64,000 bases of DNA. Origin: Nitrospirota bacterium. GTDB taxonomy: Bacteria > Nitrospirota > Thermodesulfovibrionia > Thermodesulfovibrionales > Dissulfurispiraceae. The notes under the pieces were generated by a model. It was given only the letters and a program-made list of their open reading frames with translations. It ran no database searches and had not been told where the DNA came from. Shown here in pieces: positions 28,793-38,403 of the stretch. The stretch's first letter is position 1. Every line of letters starts with the position of its first letter. A program made the position numbers and the translations under genes. Where the stretch lies: positions 160,001 through 224,000 of the forward strand of contig CAWBMP010000002.1 of the NCBI GenBank assembly GCA_963790025.1. The letters are read 5' to 3'.

Positions 28793-29203
28793 ATGATTAA
28801 GGACGTTGTCGAGATTGAAGAGCTTCGCTGCAAGTACGAGGATGGGCAGGAAGAGGAAGAAAGGCAGATGATAGCAAAAGGTAAAGCATTAGATGCAATC
28901 AGGAATGATGGTTTTAATGGTGCAATCATAGAGGCTAAATGGGGCGAGGCGTCAGATAGGCTTGCCGTTAGTTGGGAACCCGGCAGGGAGTTGGAAAACA
29001 CGATGTTTCAGGTTGCCGATGCCGAGCATGATTATTGGGGGGCGGCAAAATTACTGGAGATCGAGGAAGACGGGATCGGGATAATCAACACATATCGTGA
29101 CAACGATAAGAGCCAATGGGTAACGATAGGTAAGGTGTTAGACGCCGACGGTAAAGAAACGTATCTATACAACTCTCAGGAAGAGGAAGATGGCGGACAA
29201 TAA
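28793..29203 (+). CDS. Acidic hypothetical protein
   Basis: AGGAGG RBS; 136-aa ORF. Confidence 0.65.
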   Translation: MIKDVVEIEELRCKYEDGQEEEERQMIAKGKALDAIRNDGFNGAIIEAKWGEASDRLAVSWEPGRELENTMFQVADAEHDYWGAAKLLEIEEDGIGIINTYRDNDKSQWVTIGKVLDADGKETYLYNSQEEEDGGQ

Positions 29204-29729
29204 ATTTCCCTGTTAGAATAAGGAGTGATTATGTCAGATTCCGCAACTAAGAAGCCAAAGATTCAGTCGCTTTTATCGGAACAGATTAAGCTAAACCCTT
29301 TGCAGTTTGTGCAAGGGCTTCGGAGAAAATATTCTTTTGGTCTGCCTGCATCGTGCCACTATCGTAGACTGGTTGCCGAGCATCTGGGTGCCAAGCTTAA
29401 TGCCAAGTTTGATGTGCCACAGGATTTTATAACGGCATATAAGAAAGTCTCCGGGGGTAAATAATAGCGCCGTATTTCCAGTAGAAGCGGGTGAAGTCGA
29501 GAAGCGCCAGTTGGACCCCTCTGAAATTTATCTGATTAGCATTGGCGGAAAGATTGCCGATAACATTCACCTGTCACTGTATTGAGGCGTTATGTAACGG
29601 AAATTAAGTGTGCAGCACTGAAGGAATATCTTGAGCCGTTACTATGGAAGGCAGTCACGTAATCTTAAGCACTGCAAATTGTCATCCACATTTCACTCCT
29701 CAAAGGAGGATTCCATACAGGAGAAAATA

Positions 29730-30821
29730 ATGAATAATGCAGATAATGCCATACCGGAGACTCCATCTCCGGAAGAGTGTGCTAACAAGATCTTTGAGAT
29801 CAGCGGCGCCAAGCTTGATTCCGATATCGCTGCGGACCTATGGCAAAAAATATTGCAGCATAAATGGCTCATGTCTGAAAAGCTCAGCCGTGATGTAGGA
29901 TTGAGGACCGCATGTATCGACTTTCTTGAAAACATGGACCAGGCCCTCAGGGAATACATAGACTATAAACGGAAAGATGTTTTAGCCGAAATGGGAGCTC
30001 AAAAGATTAGAGCTGAAATATGGGATACGATATCCGATTCGCAGCCTCCAAAGCAATTGGTACAACGAAGAATTATTCTTCCGCTTAAAGAAGATGGCCT
30101 ATCCAAAAAGCATGGGGTGATTCCTCCTAAAACCATCATCTTCTTTGGACCTCCGGGTACGGGGAAGACTCATTTTGTAAAGGCTATAGCAGGAGTCCTG
30201 TCATGGTGGTACATCGAGATTTTGCCCAGCATGCTTATGGTGGACGGCGTAGAAAGGATAGGCGCTAATTTGCACAACGTAATGGAAAAGGCGCGTACTT
30301 TGGAGGATGTCGTTGTCTTTATAGACGAGTTTGAAGAGATTGCCGCGAGCAGGAATGAAGCAAACCGGATTGACAAGTCCATTACTAACGAATTCCTCAA
30401 ACAGGTTTCTTTGCTGAAAAATCAGGGGAATAAGGTATTATTTATATGTGCGACCAACTATATCCGGCTGTTGGACGCCGCACTGCTTCGACCGGGAAGA
30501 TTTGATTGCATTATTCCTGTCGGCGGGCTGGACGAGGATGGAAGGCGAACTATTTTGGAACAATTCCTGTCCAACCTTAATGCGGAGAACGTCGACCTCA
30601 ATCTCATTGTAAAGATGACAGCACGATTTACGCCGGCTGATATCGAATATCTCTTCCAGCAAGTGGCCCAATTTGCCTTTGAACAGGAGTATGCAAGCAA
30701 ACATAATTATCTTGTTACCACAGATACGTTTGTTGAAATTGTACCGAAAATTAAGCCATCTCTCACCGACGAGATTATTGATGAATTTCAAAAAGACGTT
30801 ATCACATATTCTCGAACATAG
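29730..30821 (+). CDS. AAA+ ATPase (CDC48/FtsH-type domain) with a DUF4032-like N-terminus
   Basis: GPPGTGKT, FIDEFE, ATN...LDAALLRPGRFD; N-terminal W..ILQHKWLMSE...RDVG. Confidence 0.85.
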   Translation: MNNADNAIPETPSPEECANKIFEISGAKLDSDIAADLWQKILQHKWLMSEKLSRDVGLRTACIDFLENMDQALREYIDYKRKDVLAEMGAQKIRAEIWDTISDSQPPKQLVQRRIILPLKEDGLSKKHGVIPPKTIIFFGPPGTGKTHFVKAIAGVLSWWYIEILPSMLMVDGVERIGANLHNVMEKARTLEDVVVFIDEFEEIAASRNEANRIDKSITNEFLKQVSLLKNQGNKVLFICATNYIRLLDAALLRPGRFDCIIPVGGLDEDGRRTILEQFLSNLNAENVDLNLIVKMTARFTPADIEYLFQQVAQFAFEQEYASKHNYLVTTDTFVEIVPKIKPSLTDEIIDEFQKDVITYSRT

Positions 30822-30895
30822 GCTTGTGCGTTTTTGGTGTAAGACTTCTCAGGGCGCTGTTTGCTTTCGGGAGATACAAAAGGTGAGATACCAAG

Positions 30896-31966
30896 ATGTT
30901 TGAAGATATTGTAGAGACAGTGCGTGAACCTCTTATTGTACTGGATTCAGACCTGAGGGTCCTTTTAGCAAACCGTAGCTTCTATGATTTATTCAAGGTA
31001 ATGCCCGAATCGACTATAGGTAGTCTGATCTATGATGTCGGAAATCGGCAATGGGATATTCCGAAGCTTCGGACGTTGCTTGAGGATATTCTTCCCGGAA
31101 ACACTAAGTTCGATGACTATGAAGTTGAACATACATTTCCTGATATCGGGCACAAAATAATGCTTCTCAATGCCCGCAGTATCATTCACAAAGAAAAAGG
31201 TTCTCAGATGATCCTCCTTGCTATTGAAGACATTACTGAACGCAGACGGTTAGAAGAGATGGCAAGGCTGTATTCGAAGAAGTTGGAGGAAAGCAACAGA
31301 GAACTGGACAATTTTGCATCGATTGCAGCACATGATTTAGGTGCTCCGCTCCGTGTGGTTTCGGGATTTGCAAGCCTGCTTAAGAAACATTACAAAGACA
31401 AGCTCGATGCCAATGCTGATCAGTACATTTCACATATTGTCGAGGGGACCGAGCGCATGCGCCATCTGATCGATGACCTCCTTCAGTATGCACGGGTAGC
31501 AACACGAGAAAGCCCCCTTGCCCCAGTGAACGTCAACACCATTCTTGAAAACACTTTGGCTAATCTCACGTTTGAGATCAAAGAGAGCAAGGCTGTAATT
31601 ACTGTCGACCCTCTTCCGACGGTATCTGCAGATAGTACGCAGCTCATTCAGTTGTTCCAAAATCTTATTGGGAACGCTATCAAGTATCGCAGCAATACGC
31701 CGAGTATTCATATTTCTGCTGAACTAAAGGATGAGGAGTGGCTTTTTCATATCAGTGACAACGGTATCGGCATTGATCCACAGTACTTTGATAGAATCTT
31801 TCAAATATTCCAGCGCCTGTACGCCAGCGATGAATACTCCGGTACCGGTATAGGGCTGGCAACATGCAAAAAGATTGTGGAGAGGCTTGGAGGACGTATC
31901 TGGGTGGAATCGAAGCCTGGTGAGGGATCAACCTTCTTTTTTACACTCCCGGCAGCAGGGACATAG
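30896..31966 (+). CDS. Cytoplasmic PAS-domain sensor histidine kinase
   Basis: PAS domain, AAHDL.APL H-box, NLIGNAIKY, DNGIGI, GTGIGL. Confidence 0.92.
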   Translation: MFEDIVETVREPLIVLDSDLRVLLANRSFYDLFKVMPESTIGSLIYDVGNRQWDIPKLRTLLEDILPGNTKFDDYEVEHTFPDIGHKIMLLNARSIIHKEKGSQMILLAIEDITERRRLEEMARLYSKKLEESNRELDNFASIAAHDLGAPLRVVSGFASLLKKHYKDKLDANADQYISHIVEGTERMRHLIDDLLQYARVATRESPLAPVNVNTILENTLANLTFEIKESKAVITVDPLPTVSADSTQLIQLFQNLIGNAIKYRSNTPSIHISAELKDEEWLFHISDNGIGIDPQYFDRIFQIFQRLYASDEYSGTGIGLATCKKIVERLGGRIWVESKPGEGSTFFFTLPAAGT

Positions 31967-32379
31967 TCACGGCGGAAATTATTTCGTTAAGAAACTTATA
32001 CCGTTATAGAGCCGCCCCGCTGCGGAGACGTTAGGGAGTAATTGATACTCTTTTGTGGCACGCCTAAAAGCAAGACTTGGGCGAAACCGAGAAACGACCC
32101 CCGAGCATTACGGGTTGCAACAAACAGCCCCAAAACAAAAGATTCGCCCTGTCAGTTTCTTGGTGCAGTATTGCAGAATGCTGCCTTTTTTAATATGGCA
32201 GGGTACGGTTAAATATCCGTAAATCCGTTTTGACAACTTCTTCTATAATTGACCGTTGAGTAATAACCGACATCATACGGTATTTCCTCCAGCCACCAGT
32301 TTTTGCCCAGTTGCGTTTTAACAGACTTGTGCAAAAATAATTTTGATAAGCTAAAATTACGCCAAGAGGAATCTTGAAT

Positions 32380-32920
32380 ATGAGTGTGTTACATTTATTT
32401 ATTGTGGGATTGGCCGCGGTTGCAGGAGGCATGGTAAATGCTCTCGCCGGCGGTGGAACACTAATTACATTCCCCATGCTTACGGCTGTAGGCATTCCTG
32501 TTGTTGCTGCCAATATAACCAATACAGTGGCCCTTTGTCCGGGCTATCTTGGCGCAACCCTTGCGCAAATGAAGGACCTGCGTGTACAATCTCTCCGCTT
32601 GTGGCTCCTTCTTCCGATTGGCGTGCTTGGAGGAATAGGCGGAGGCATTTTGCTCCTTCACACGGATGATCAAATCTTTAGGAAGATTGTTCCGTATCTG
32701 ATCATTATGGCAGTTGTTCTCCTGGCTATCCAGGATAAAGTGCGGGCATGGCTTATTCGTAGTACAGGCAAGTCAGAAAAGGTTACATTACACGATGCGT
32801 GGTCTATAATTCCGATTATTCTTGCCGCTATTTATGGTGGTTATTTCGGGGCCGGAGTAAGCGTAATAGTCATTGCGTCGTTCGGAGTTGTCATAGTAGA
32901 CTCGCTTATACGCCTCAATG
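32380..32920 (+). pseudogene. TauE/SafE family exporter truncated at a MITE
   Basis: [21 protein letters not shown] motifs; homology stops at RLN where the MITE begins, and the C-terminal part is not seen after it. Confidence 0.8.
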
Positions 32921-33082
32921 TGTTAATCGGCGTCGAATTCTGACCCATATATACACTTAATTTAGACTCAGAGCAATTTGCCATTGTATCTTTGATTTTA
33001 GGACATTGGTTACACATAGGGGGGATCAACACTCGACGCCGAAAAGTGCCAAAAGTGGGTCAGGATCAGATGCCGATTAACA
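32921..33082. mobile_element. IS21-family-like MITE (162 bp)
   Basis: Terminal IRs TGTTAATCGGCgtcgaattcTGACCCA ... TGGGTCAggatcagatGCCGATTAACA; no transposase. Confidence 0.8.
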
Positions 33083-33298
33083 ATCAAACCCGCTGTCGAT
33101 GATCTTTGCTATTTCAGAGCGGTACTTGATTGTAAACTCGTTTCACAGAAAGGGATGGTTAAACCACGAGACAGGCAGTACTACATGCATGCCGACCTTC
33201 GAATCTTTCACCTTTATCGTCTGGATCTCACAGCTACTTTATAACATAACTATATGGTTTTGAAAAAGAGGCATTCTGAAATACCATCGGGCAAGTCT

Positions 33299-33826
33299 TT
33301 AGGGTGACTTGTAGTGATCTATAAACTGTATTAGCCCGGTCAGTATATCCATGGGAGAAGGAGGGCATCCCTTGATATAGAAGTCGACAGGGATTACCCC
33401 GGCAACTCCATTTGTGACCGCATAACTCCCTTTATATATCCCCCCGTCGATTGTGCAATCGCCGCACGCAACGACAAATTTCGGCCCGGGTGTTGCAATG
33501 AATGTCTTTTTAAGGGCCAGTTCCATCTGCCTTGAAACAGGACCGGTAACGAGCAGGAGATCGGCATGTCTCGGTGATGCCACGAAATCGATACCGAATC
33601 TCTGGATATCATAGACGGGGTTGATCAGCGCAGTGCACTCCCATTCACAGGCATTGCACGAGCCTGCGTCCACCTGCCTTATCCTCAAGGACCTGCCGAA
33701 GATACTGTCAATCTTTTCCTTAAATGAAGCAATCCGTGCCGCTTCTTCAGGAGAAATCACGGGACCTTCCGGAAGGGGAAGCGCACTTTTCCTGCCTGTA
33801 ATGTTCCGCAATATTTCTTTAATCAC
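33299..33826 (-). CDS. ehrS: Ehr small subunit (NuoB/HycG-like Fe-S protein)
   Basis: GSCNACE, ASPRHAD, ACGDC, GCPP motifs. Confidence 0.85.
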   Translation of the reverse strand: MIKEILRNITGRKSALPLPEGPVISPEEAARIASFKEKIDSIFGRSLRIRQVDAGSCNACEWECTALINPVYDIQRFGIDFVASPRHADLLLVTGPVSRQMELALKKTFIATPGPKFVVACGDCTIDGGIYKGSYAVTNGVAGVIPVDFYIKGCPPSPMDILTGLIQFIDHYKSP

Positions 33827-35355
33827 ATGTCACATCCCGAGTAAGATAAATTAAAGCTCTTGTTGCACAGGGGAAAATCAGGCACTATATTTCCATGAAC
33901 TGCAAACGGGACCACGGGCCAGTTGCAATAGGAGGGAGACCTTAATTTTACACGCAATGGTTTCCCGTCCTTATCCGACTTGACCCAATAGAACACCGAC
34001 CCCCTTGGCGTCTCCGTATAACCCAAAGCGGAAGAAAAAGCCGGGACCTCTTTGGGACCTGCCGACAATCCCCCGTCATATTTTTTTTCGAGAAGCTCAT
34101 TGACCAGAGACATTGAGCATTCTGTCTCGCTTGCCCGGACCATCATCCGAGCATAAACATCTCCTTTAAGCTTTGTGTGCACTTCAAAAACAAGCCTGTC
34201 ATAAAGCAGGTGGGGATGGGCTCTTCTAATATCATCGTTGATCCCCGAGGCCCTTGCCGTTATGCCGGTTGCGCCCAACTTCCTTGCAATATCCTTTGAC
34301 AGCACGCCCGCATTTTCGAGCCTCTCAGTATGCGAAACCGTGCCCAGCAGCAACTTCATGAATGCCTTGTATTCTGACGATACGGCATCGATCGTCGACC
34401 GAATATCGTCCCTTTGCAAAAATATATCTTTTTCAACTCCGCCGATAATGTTGATCCCTCTCAGAAATCTGCTCCCTGTGAGTCTTCCGTTAAGCTGCAT
34501 AAGCCTTTCTTTGATGACGGCCCCTCTTGCGTATCCCACCGCAAGGCCGGTGCCGGCGCACATATTCCCGATGTCTCCGATGTGGTTATAGAGTCTTTCA
34601 AGCTCCACGAGAAGGGTCCTCACCGCTTTTGCGTTTTCCGGTATTTCAATTCCCGACATTTTCTCCACCGCCATGCAATAGGCGGACGAATGAGAGAAGG
34701 AAGATGTTCCTGAAACCCTTTCCGCAAGCCTGACACCGGCATGGAACCCGATATGCTCGAAATGCTTCTCGGTCCCTTTGTGAGTATAAAACAATCTCGG
34801 CTCAAGGAAAAGAATCGTTTCACCGACGGCGCTGAACCTGAAATGGCCGGGTTCGATGACGCCGGCGTGAACAGGACCGACAGGGATTTCGTAAATCCCT
34901 TCTCCCTCAACCTCGATAAAATTGTACGGCTCTTTTATGACAGTGCCTTCCCCCCATTCCTTCAAATCCGCGTCTGTAATATTCCAGTCCTTTCTCAACG
35001 GGTATGAGCCGGTGGGGAAGGAATCGTGGAACATAAGCCTCCGCAAGTCAGGATGTCCCACCGGCGTCAGGCCGAACATGTCCCGGATCTCGCGTTCATA
35101 CCAGTGCACTGCAGGGATATCGGGTGTCAGGCTCTTGTATGAAGGGTCATCTTCGCTAAGCCGCATGAATGGGACATGGAAAATATCCTTACCCTGCTCA
35201 GAAAAAACAGCATATACTTTAAAGCTTCCATCATCCGCCCTCTCGTCTGTCGCAAACATAAGGCGCGGAATGAATTTGCCGCCCTCCGAAAGGGAGATGC
35301 AGTGGTCCCTGAATTCATCCTTTCCAAATTCTTTATAAAGTTCGTTTTCAGGCAT
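33823..35355 (-). CDS. ehrL: Ehr large subunit (NuoC/D-HycE-like) lacking NiFe-binding CxxC motifs
   Basis: GPVHAGVIEPGHFRF; ERVSGTSSFSH in place of RxCGxC; DFPLCNKSFNLSYSG in place of DPCxxC. Confidence 0.87.
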   Translation of the reverse strand: MPENELYKEFGKDEFRDHCISLSEGGKFIPRLMFATDERADDGSFKVYAVFSEQGKDIFHVPFMRLSEDDPSYKSLTPDIPAVHWYEREIRDMFGLTPVGHPDLRRLMFHDSFPTGSYPLRKDWNITDADLKEWGEGTVIKEPYNFIEVEGEGIYEIPVGPVHAGVIEPGHFRFSAVGETILFLEPRLFYTHKGTEKHFEHIGFHAGVRLAERVSGTSSFSHSSAYCMAVEKMSGIEIPENAKAVRTLLVELERLYNHIGDIGNMCAGTGLAVGYARGAVIKERLMQLNGRLTGSRFLRGINIIGGVEKDIFLQRDDIRSTIDAVSSEYKAFMKLLLGTVSHTERLENAGVLSKDIARKLGATGITARASGINDDIRRAHPHLLYDRLVFEVHTKLKGDVYARMMVRASETECSMSLVNELLEKKYDGGLSAGPKEVPAFSSALGYTETPRGSVFYWVKSDKDGKPLRVKLRSPSYCNWPVVPFAVHGNIVPDFPLCNKSFNLSYSGCDM

Positions 35356-35359
35356 TATC

Positions 35360-36814
35360 TTAAACTCCCAAAATTACCTTCACTGAATTTTGCAGCATAT
35401 TCCCGAGAACGACCGGAATATAAAGTCCGCCTAAAAGCATTACAGCGGCCATTACAACCAGGACCGCACTGACCGGCTTTCTCTCTTTTCCGGTCTCGGC
35501 GCCTTCGCAATTGCCAAAGGCCATGGCGCCGAAATGATGCAGGATCCCGCCGAAGATGATTGCAGCGAAGATGATGAAAAGCGCAAAGGTTGTCCAGTCG
35601 CCAAAATCGGCAGCAGCCTTAAGGATAATGAATTCGCTCAGGAATATATTGAACGGGGGCGCCCCTGCAATCGCCAGCGCAGCGAGCAGCATTATGGTAC
35701 CTGAAACAGGCATTCTTGTTATTACACCTTTGACCTTTTCTATCTTTGTAGAATGATACTTGAGCTTTACCCTTCCGGTTGTAAAAAACAGGAGTGTCTT
35801 TACAATTGCATGGTTAAAGATGTGCAGCAAAGAACCGTATAAACCCCAGAAACCGCCTATCCCCACACCCGTTGCTATGATGCCTATGTGTTCGATGCTG
35901 CTGTATGCAAGAAGCCTCTTGTAGTTGTTTTGAAGCAGTATGAAGGCAGTTGCGATTCCCATAGATAACAGTCCAAAAAAAAGCATGAGCCGGTTCGCAT
36001 AAGAATCTCCCGTGGCCTTGTTAACTATAATAATGAACCTGATGATCCCGATGAATGAGCATTTAAGAAGTATGCCCGAGAGCAGCGCGCTTATCGGTGT
36101 GGGGGCCTGGCTGTGGGCATCGGGAAGCCAATTGTGAACAGGCGCCAGACCGGCCTTTGCGCCGTATCCGACGAGAATAAAAATGAACGCCAATTTCATG
36201 GTTGACGGATTTAACTTATATGCCATGTCCCTGAGTTCCGTCCAGTTCAGTGTGCCGCCTCCTCCCATAATGGTGGCAGAGGCATAATATGTGATGAAAA
36301 TGCCGAGGAGCGCAAAGGTTATGCCGACCGTGCAAAGCATTATATATTTCCACGCGGCTTCTATTGACTGCCTGGTCTTATAAAAACCTACCAGAAGCGC
36401 AGACACCAGTGTTGTAGCTTCTACTGCTATCCAGAATACCGCAAGGTTGTTCGAGACCGTTGTAAGAAGCATTGTAAATATAAAAAGATGCATTAAGGCA
36501 TAGTAATGCCGTAAGTCCTTCATCTGCAATATCCCTTCCTCAAACTCCTGTCCCATATAATCCATCGAATATATTGCCGCAAGGAGAGAAAGAAGGACCA
36601 CGATCGCCATGATATATGAAGAAAGCGCGTCCATATACAACATACCGCCAAGAAAAAGCCGGGGCGCAGTTAGCGCGGCGCTTATCGGGTGGATAGAAAC
36701 CCCGGCCAGCAGGACAGTTCCCAAAAGGCTGCTATATTCAACAGCTCTTTTATTTCTGAAAGACCAGCATAAGAAAGCCGTAAAAACCGGAATGAAAAGC
36801 AAGGCCGCTATCAT
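35360..36814 (-). CDS. hyfF: HyfF-like antiporter subunit of the Ehr complex
   Basis: EATTL, EAAWKY, KAGLAP.H.WLPDAHSQAP, KRLLAYSSIEH. Confidence 0.88.
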   Translation of the reverse strand: MIAALLFIPVFTAFLCWSFRNKRAVEYSSLLGTVLLAGVSIHPISAALTAPRLFLGGMLYMDALSSYIMAIVVLLSLLAAIYSMDYMGQEFEEGILQMKDLRHYYALMHLFIFTMLLTTVSNNLAVFWIAVEATTLVSALLVGFYKTRQSIEAAWKYIMLCTVGITFALLGIFITYYASATIMGGGGTLNWTELRDMAYKLNPSTMKLAFIFILVGYGAKAGLAPVHNWLPDAHSQAPTPISALLSGILLKCSFIGIIRFIIIVNKATGDSYANRLMLFFGLLSMGIATAFILLQNNYKRLLAYSSIEHIGIIATGVGIGGFWGLYGSLLHIFNHAIVKTLLFFTTGRVKLKYHSTKIEKVKGVITRMPVSGTIMLLAALAIAGAPPFNIFLSEFIILKAAADFGDWTTFALFIIFAAIIFGGILHHFGAMAFGNCEGAETGKERKPVSAVLVVMAAVMLLGGLYIPVVLGNMLQNSVKVILGV

Positions 36815-36823
36815 AAATGATCG

Positions 36824-37483
36824 TTATCCTTTTAGTATCGTTAGTTTATCGAGATCGGCGGAGGCAAAGGCCCGCTTTATCTGGACAGAAAAAATCCCGA
36901 GAATTATCACTCCCATCAGCATATCGAACAAGACGCCGAGCTCCACAATAATCGGCATACCGAACGTCAGGGAAAAACCGGCCAGGAAAAGCCCGTTCTC
37001 CATGCATAATAATCCGATGACCTGGGTTATCGCTTTTTTCCTTGTTATCATTATGAACAGTCCGATCAGTATTACGGCAATCGATATCTGAAGCACGTTT
37101 CTTGAAAAGCCGCTCACAAAAATACCTTCACTTAACGATGTGTAAACAACAGCGACCAGGATTCCCGATATGGTGAGTGAAAGGGTATGACTGATATATG
37201 GTTCGGCATCATAAGTGACGTCCATCTGCCGGACTATCTTCTTCAGCAGCAGGGGAATAACAATCCCCTTGCTTACCAGGGTAGTAACGGATGCGATGTA
37301 AAGGTGTGTCTCGCCGACCATGAATGCCACTATGGCTATTAACGATGAAAGAAGCCATGAGTTGCAGATATAGGCCCGTATGTAAGATTCGAGTCTCCTG
37401 AAGGCATTCATGGCGATGGCGGTCAGCAATATGCCTACCGAGACGAAATCAATTACCGAAAAAACCTGGATCCAGTTTTTCAT
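36824..37483 (-). CDS. hyfE: HyfE-like membrane subunit
   Basis: K...IP, ENG, ELG..FD, L..LKG C-terminus. Confidence 0.85.
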   Translation of the reverse strand: MKNWIQVFSVIDFVSVGILLTAIAMNAFRRLESYIRAYICNSWLLSSLIAIVAFMVGETHLYIASVTTLVSKGIVIPLLLKKIVRQMDVTYDAEPYISHTLSLTISGILVAVVYTSLSEGIFVSGFSRNVLQISIAVILIGLFIMITRKKAITQVIGLLCMENGLFLAGFSLTFGMPIIVELGVLFDMLMGVIILGIFSVQIKRAFASADLDKLTILKG

Positions 37484-37484
37484 T

Positions 37485-38402
37485 TTATTTCCCCATCATC
37501 AGATACGTTAAAAGAGATAGCACTGCAAGCACAAAGGCCCCTCCGAGCAATGACGGCAACTGAAAGAACCTCATTTTGGACCTTGTTGTCTCTGCCAATG
37601 CCATCAAAACAGACAGAAAAAGCATTTTAAGAAGATAAAGGCCGAAGGATAAAGCGAGGCCCGGTACCTCCAAAGTATTTGAAATCCCCACCGGGAAGAA
37701 AATGTCGACGACAATGGTAAACAGCAGCATCTGTTTCATGTAATGGGCCCATTCCATAAGCGCGAGATATTTTCCGGAGTACTCAAGGACCATGCCTTCA
37801 TGGATCATGGTAAGTTCCAGATGCGTATCAGGGTTGTCAACCGGTATTCTGCCGGTTTCTGCAATTATCGCTATCATGAAAGCGGAGAGTGCTAGCATAT
37901 GGGATGGTGAATACAAAATACTATGTGTTGCTGCGATCCGGGCCACATTCGTTGAACCTGCCGATATCGCTGAAGTGAATATGCTGAGCACCATCATCGG
38001 CTCCACAAGAATTGCCACTGTCATTTCCCTGCTGCTGCCCTCTCCGCCAAAAGCTGTTCCCGCATCAAGGCCCGCAAGCGCCATAAAAAACCGTCCCAGT
38101 GCAAACAGGTAGATCAGCGCTATAACATCGCCCATCATTCCAAAGCGATAGCTTGTCGTCATAACGGGCACAATCATGGCAGCAGCAGCGGTTGACGCAA
38201 ATACTATGTAGGGAGTTGCCTTGAATATCCATGACGTGATACCGGAAATAACCATATCTTTATGGAAAAGCCTTATCAGGTCATAGTACGGCTGAAAAAC
38301 ACCGGGACCCACCCGGCCCTGCATGTTCGCCTTGAGTTTCCGTATGACGCCCTGAATCAACGGAGAAAAAAGAATGATTACTATGAATTGCAAATATTCC
38401 AT
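37485..38402 (-). CDS. hyfC: HyfC/HycD (NuoH-like) membrane subunit
   Basis: QGRVGP..FQPYYDL, ETGRIPVDNP.THLELTMIHE, EYSG. Confidence 0.88.
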   Translation of the reverse strand: MEYLQFIVIILFSPLIQGVIRKLKANMQGRVGPGVFQPYYDLIRLFHKDMVISGITSWIFKATPYIVFASTAAAAMIVPVMTTSYRFGMMGDVIALIYLFALGRFFMALAGLDAGTAFGGEGSSREMTVAILVEPMMVLSIFTSAISAGSTNVARIAATHSILYSPSHMLALSAFMIAIIAETGRIPVDNPDTHLELTMIHEGMVLEYSGKYLALMEWAHYMKQMLLFTIVVDIFFPVGISNTLEVPGLALSFGLYLLKMLFLSVLMALAETTRSKMRFFQLPSLLGGAFVLAVLSLLTYLMMGK

Positions 38403-38403
38403 G

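Noticed and set aside
29225..29464. 79-aa ORF
   Set aside because: No recognisable motif; may be a decayed fragment, so not called.
33823..35355. Group 4 [NiFe]-hydrogenase or formate hydrogenlyase
   Set aside because: Both NiFe-binding CxxC motifs are missing and no maturation genes are present; called Ehr instead.
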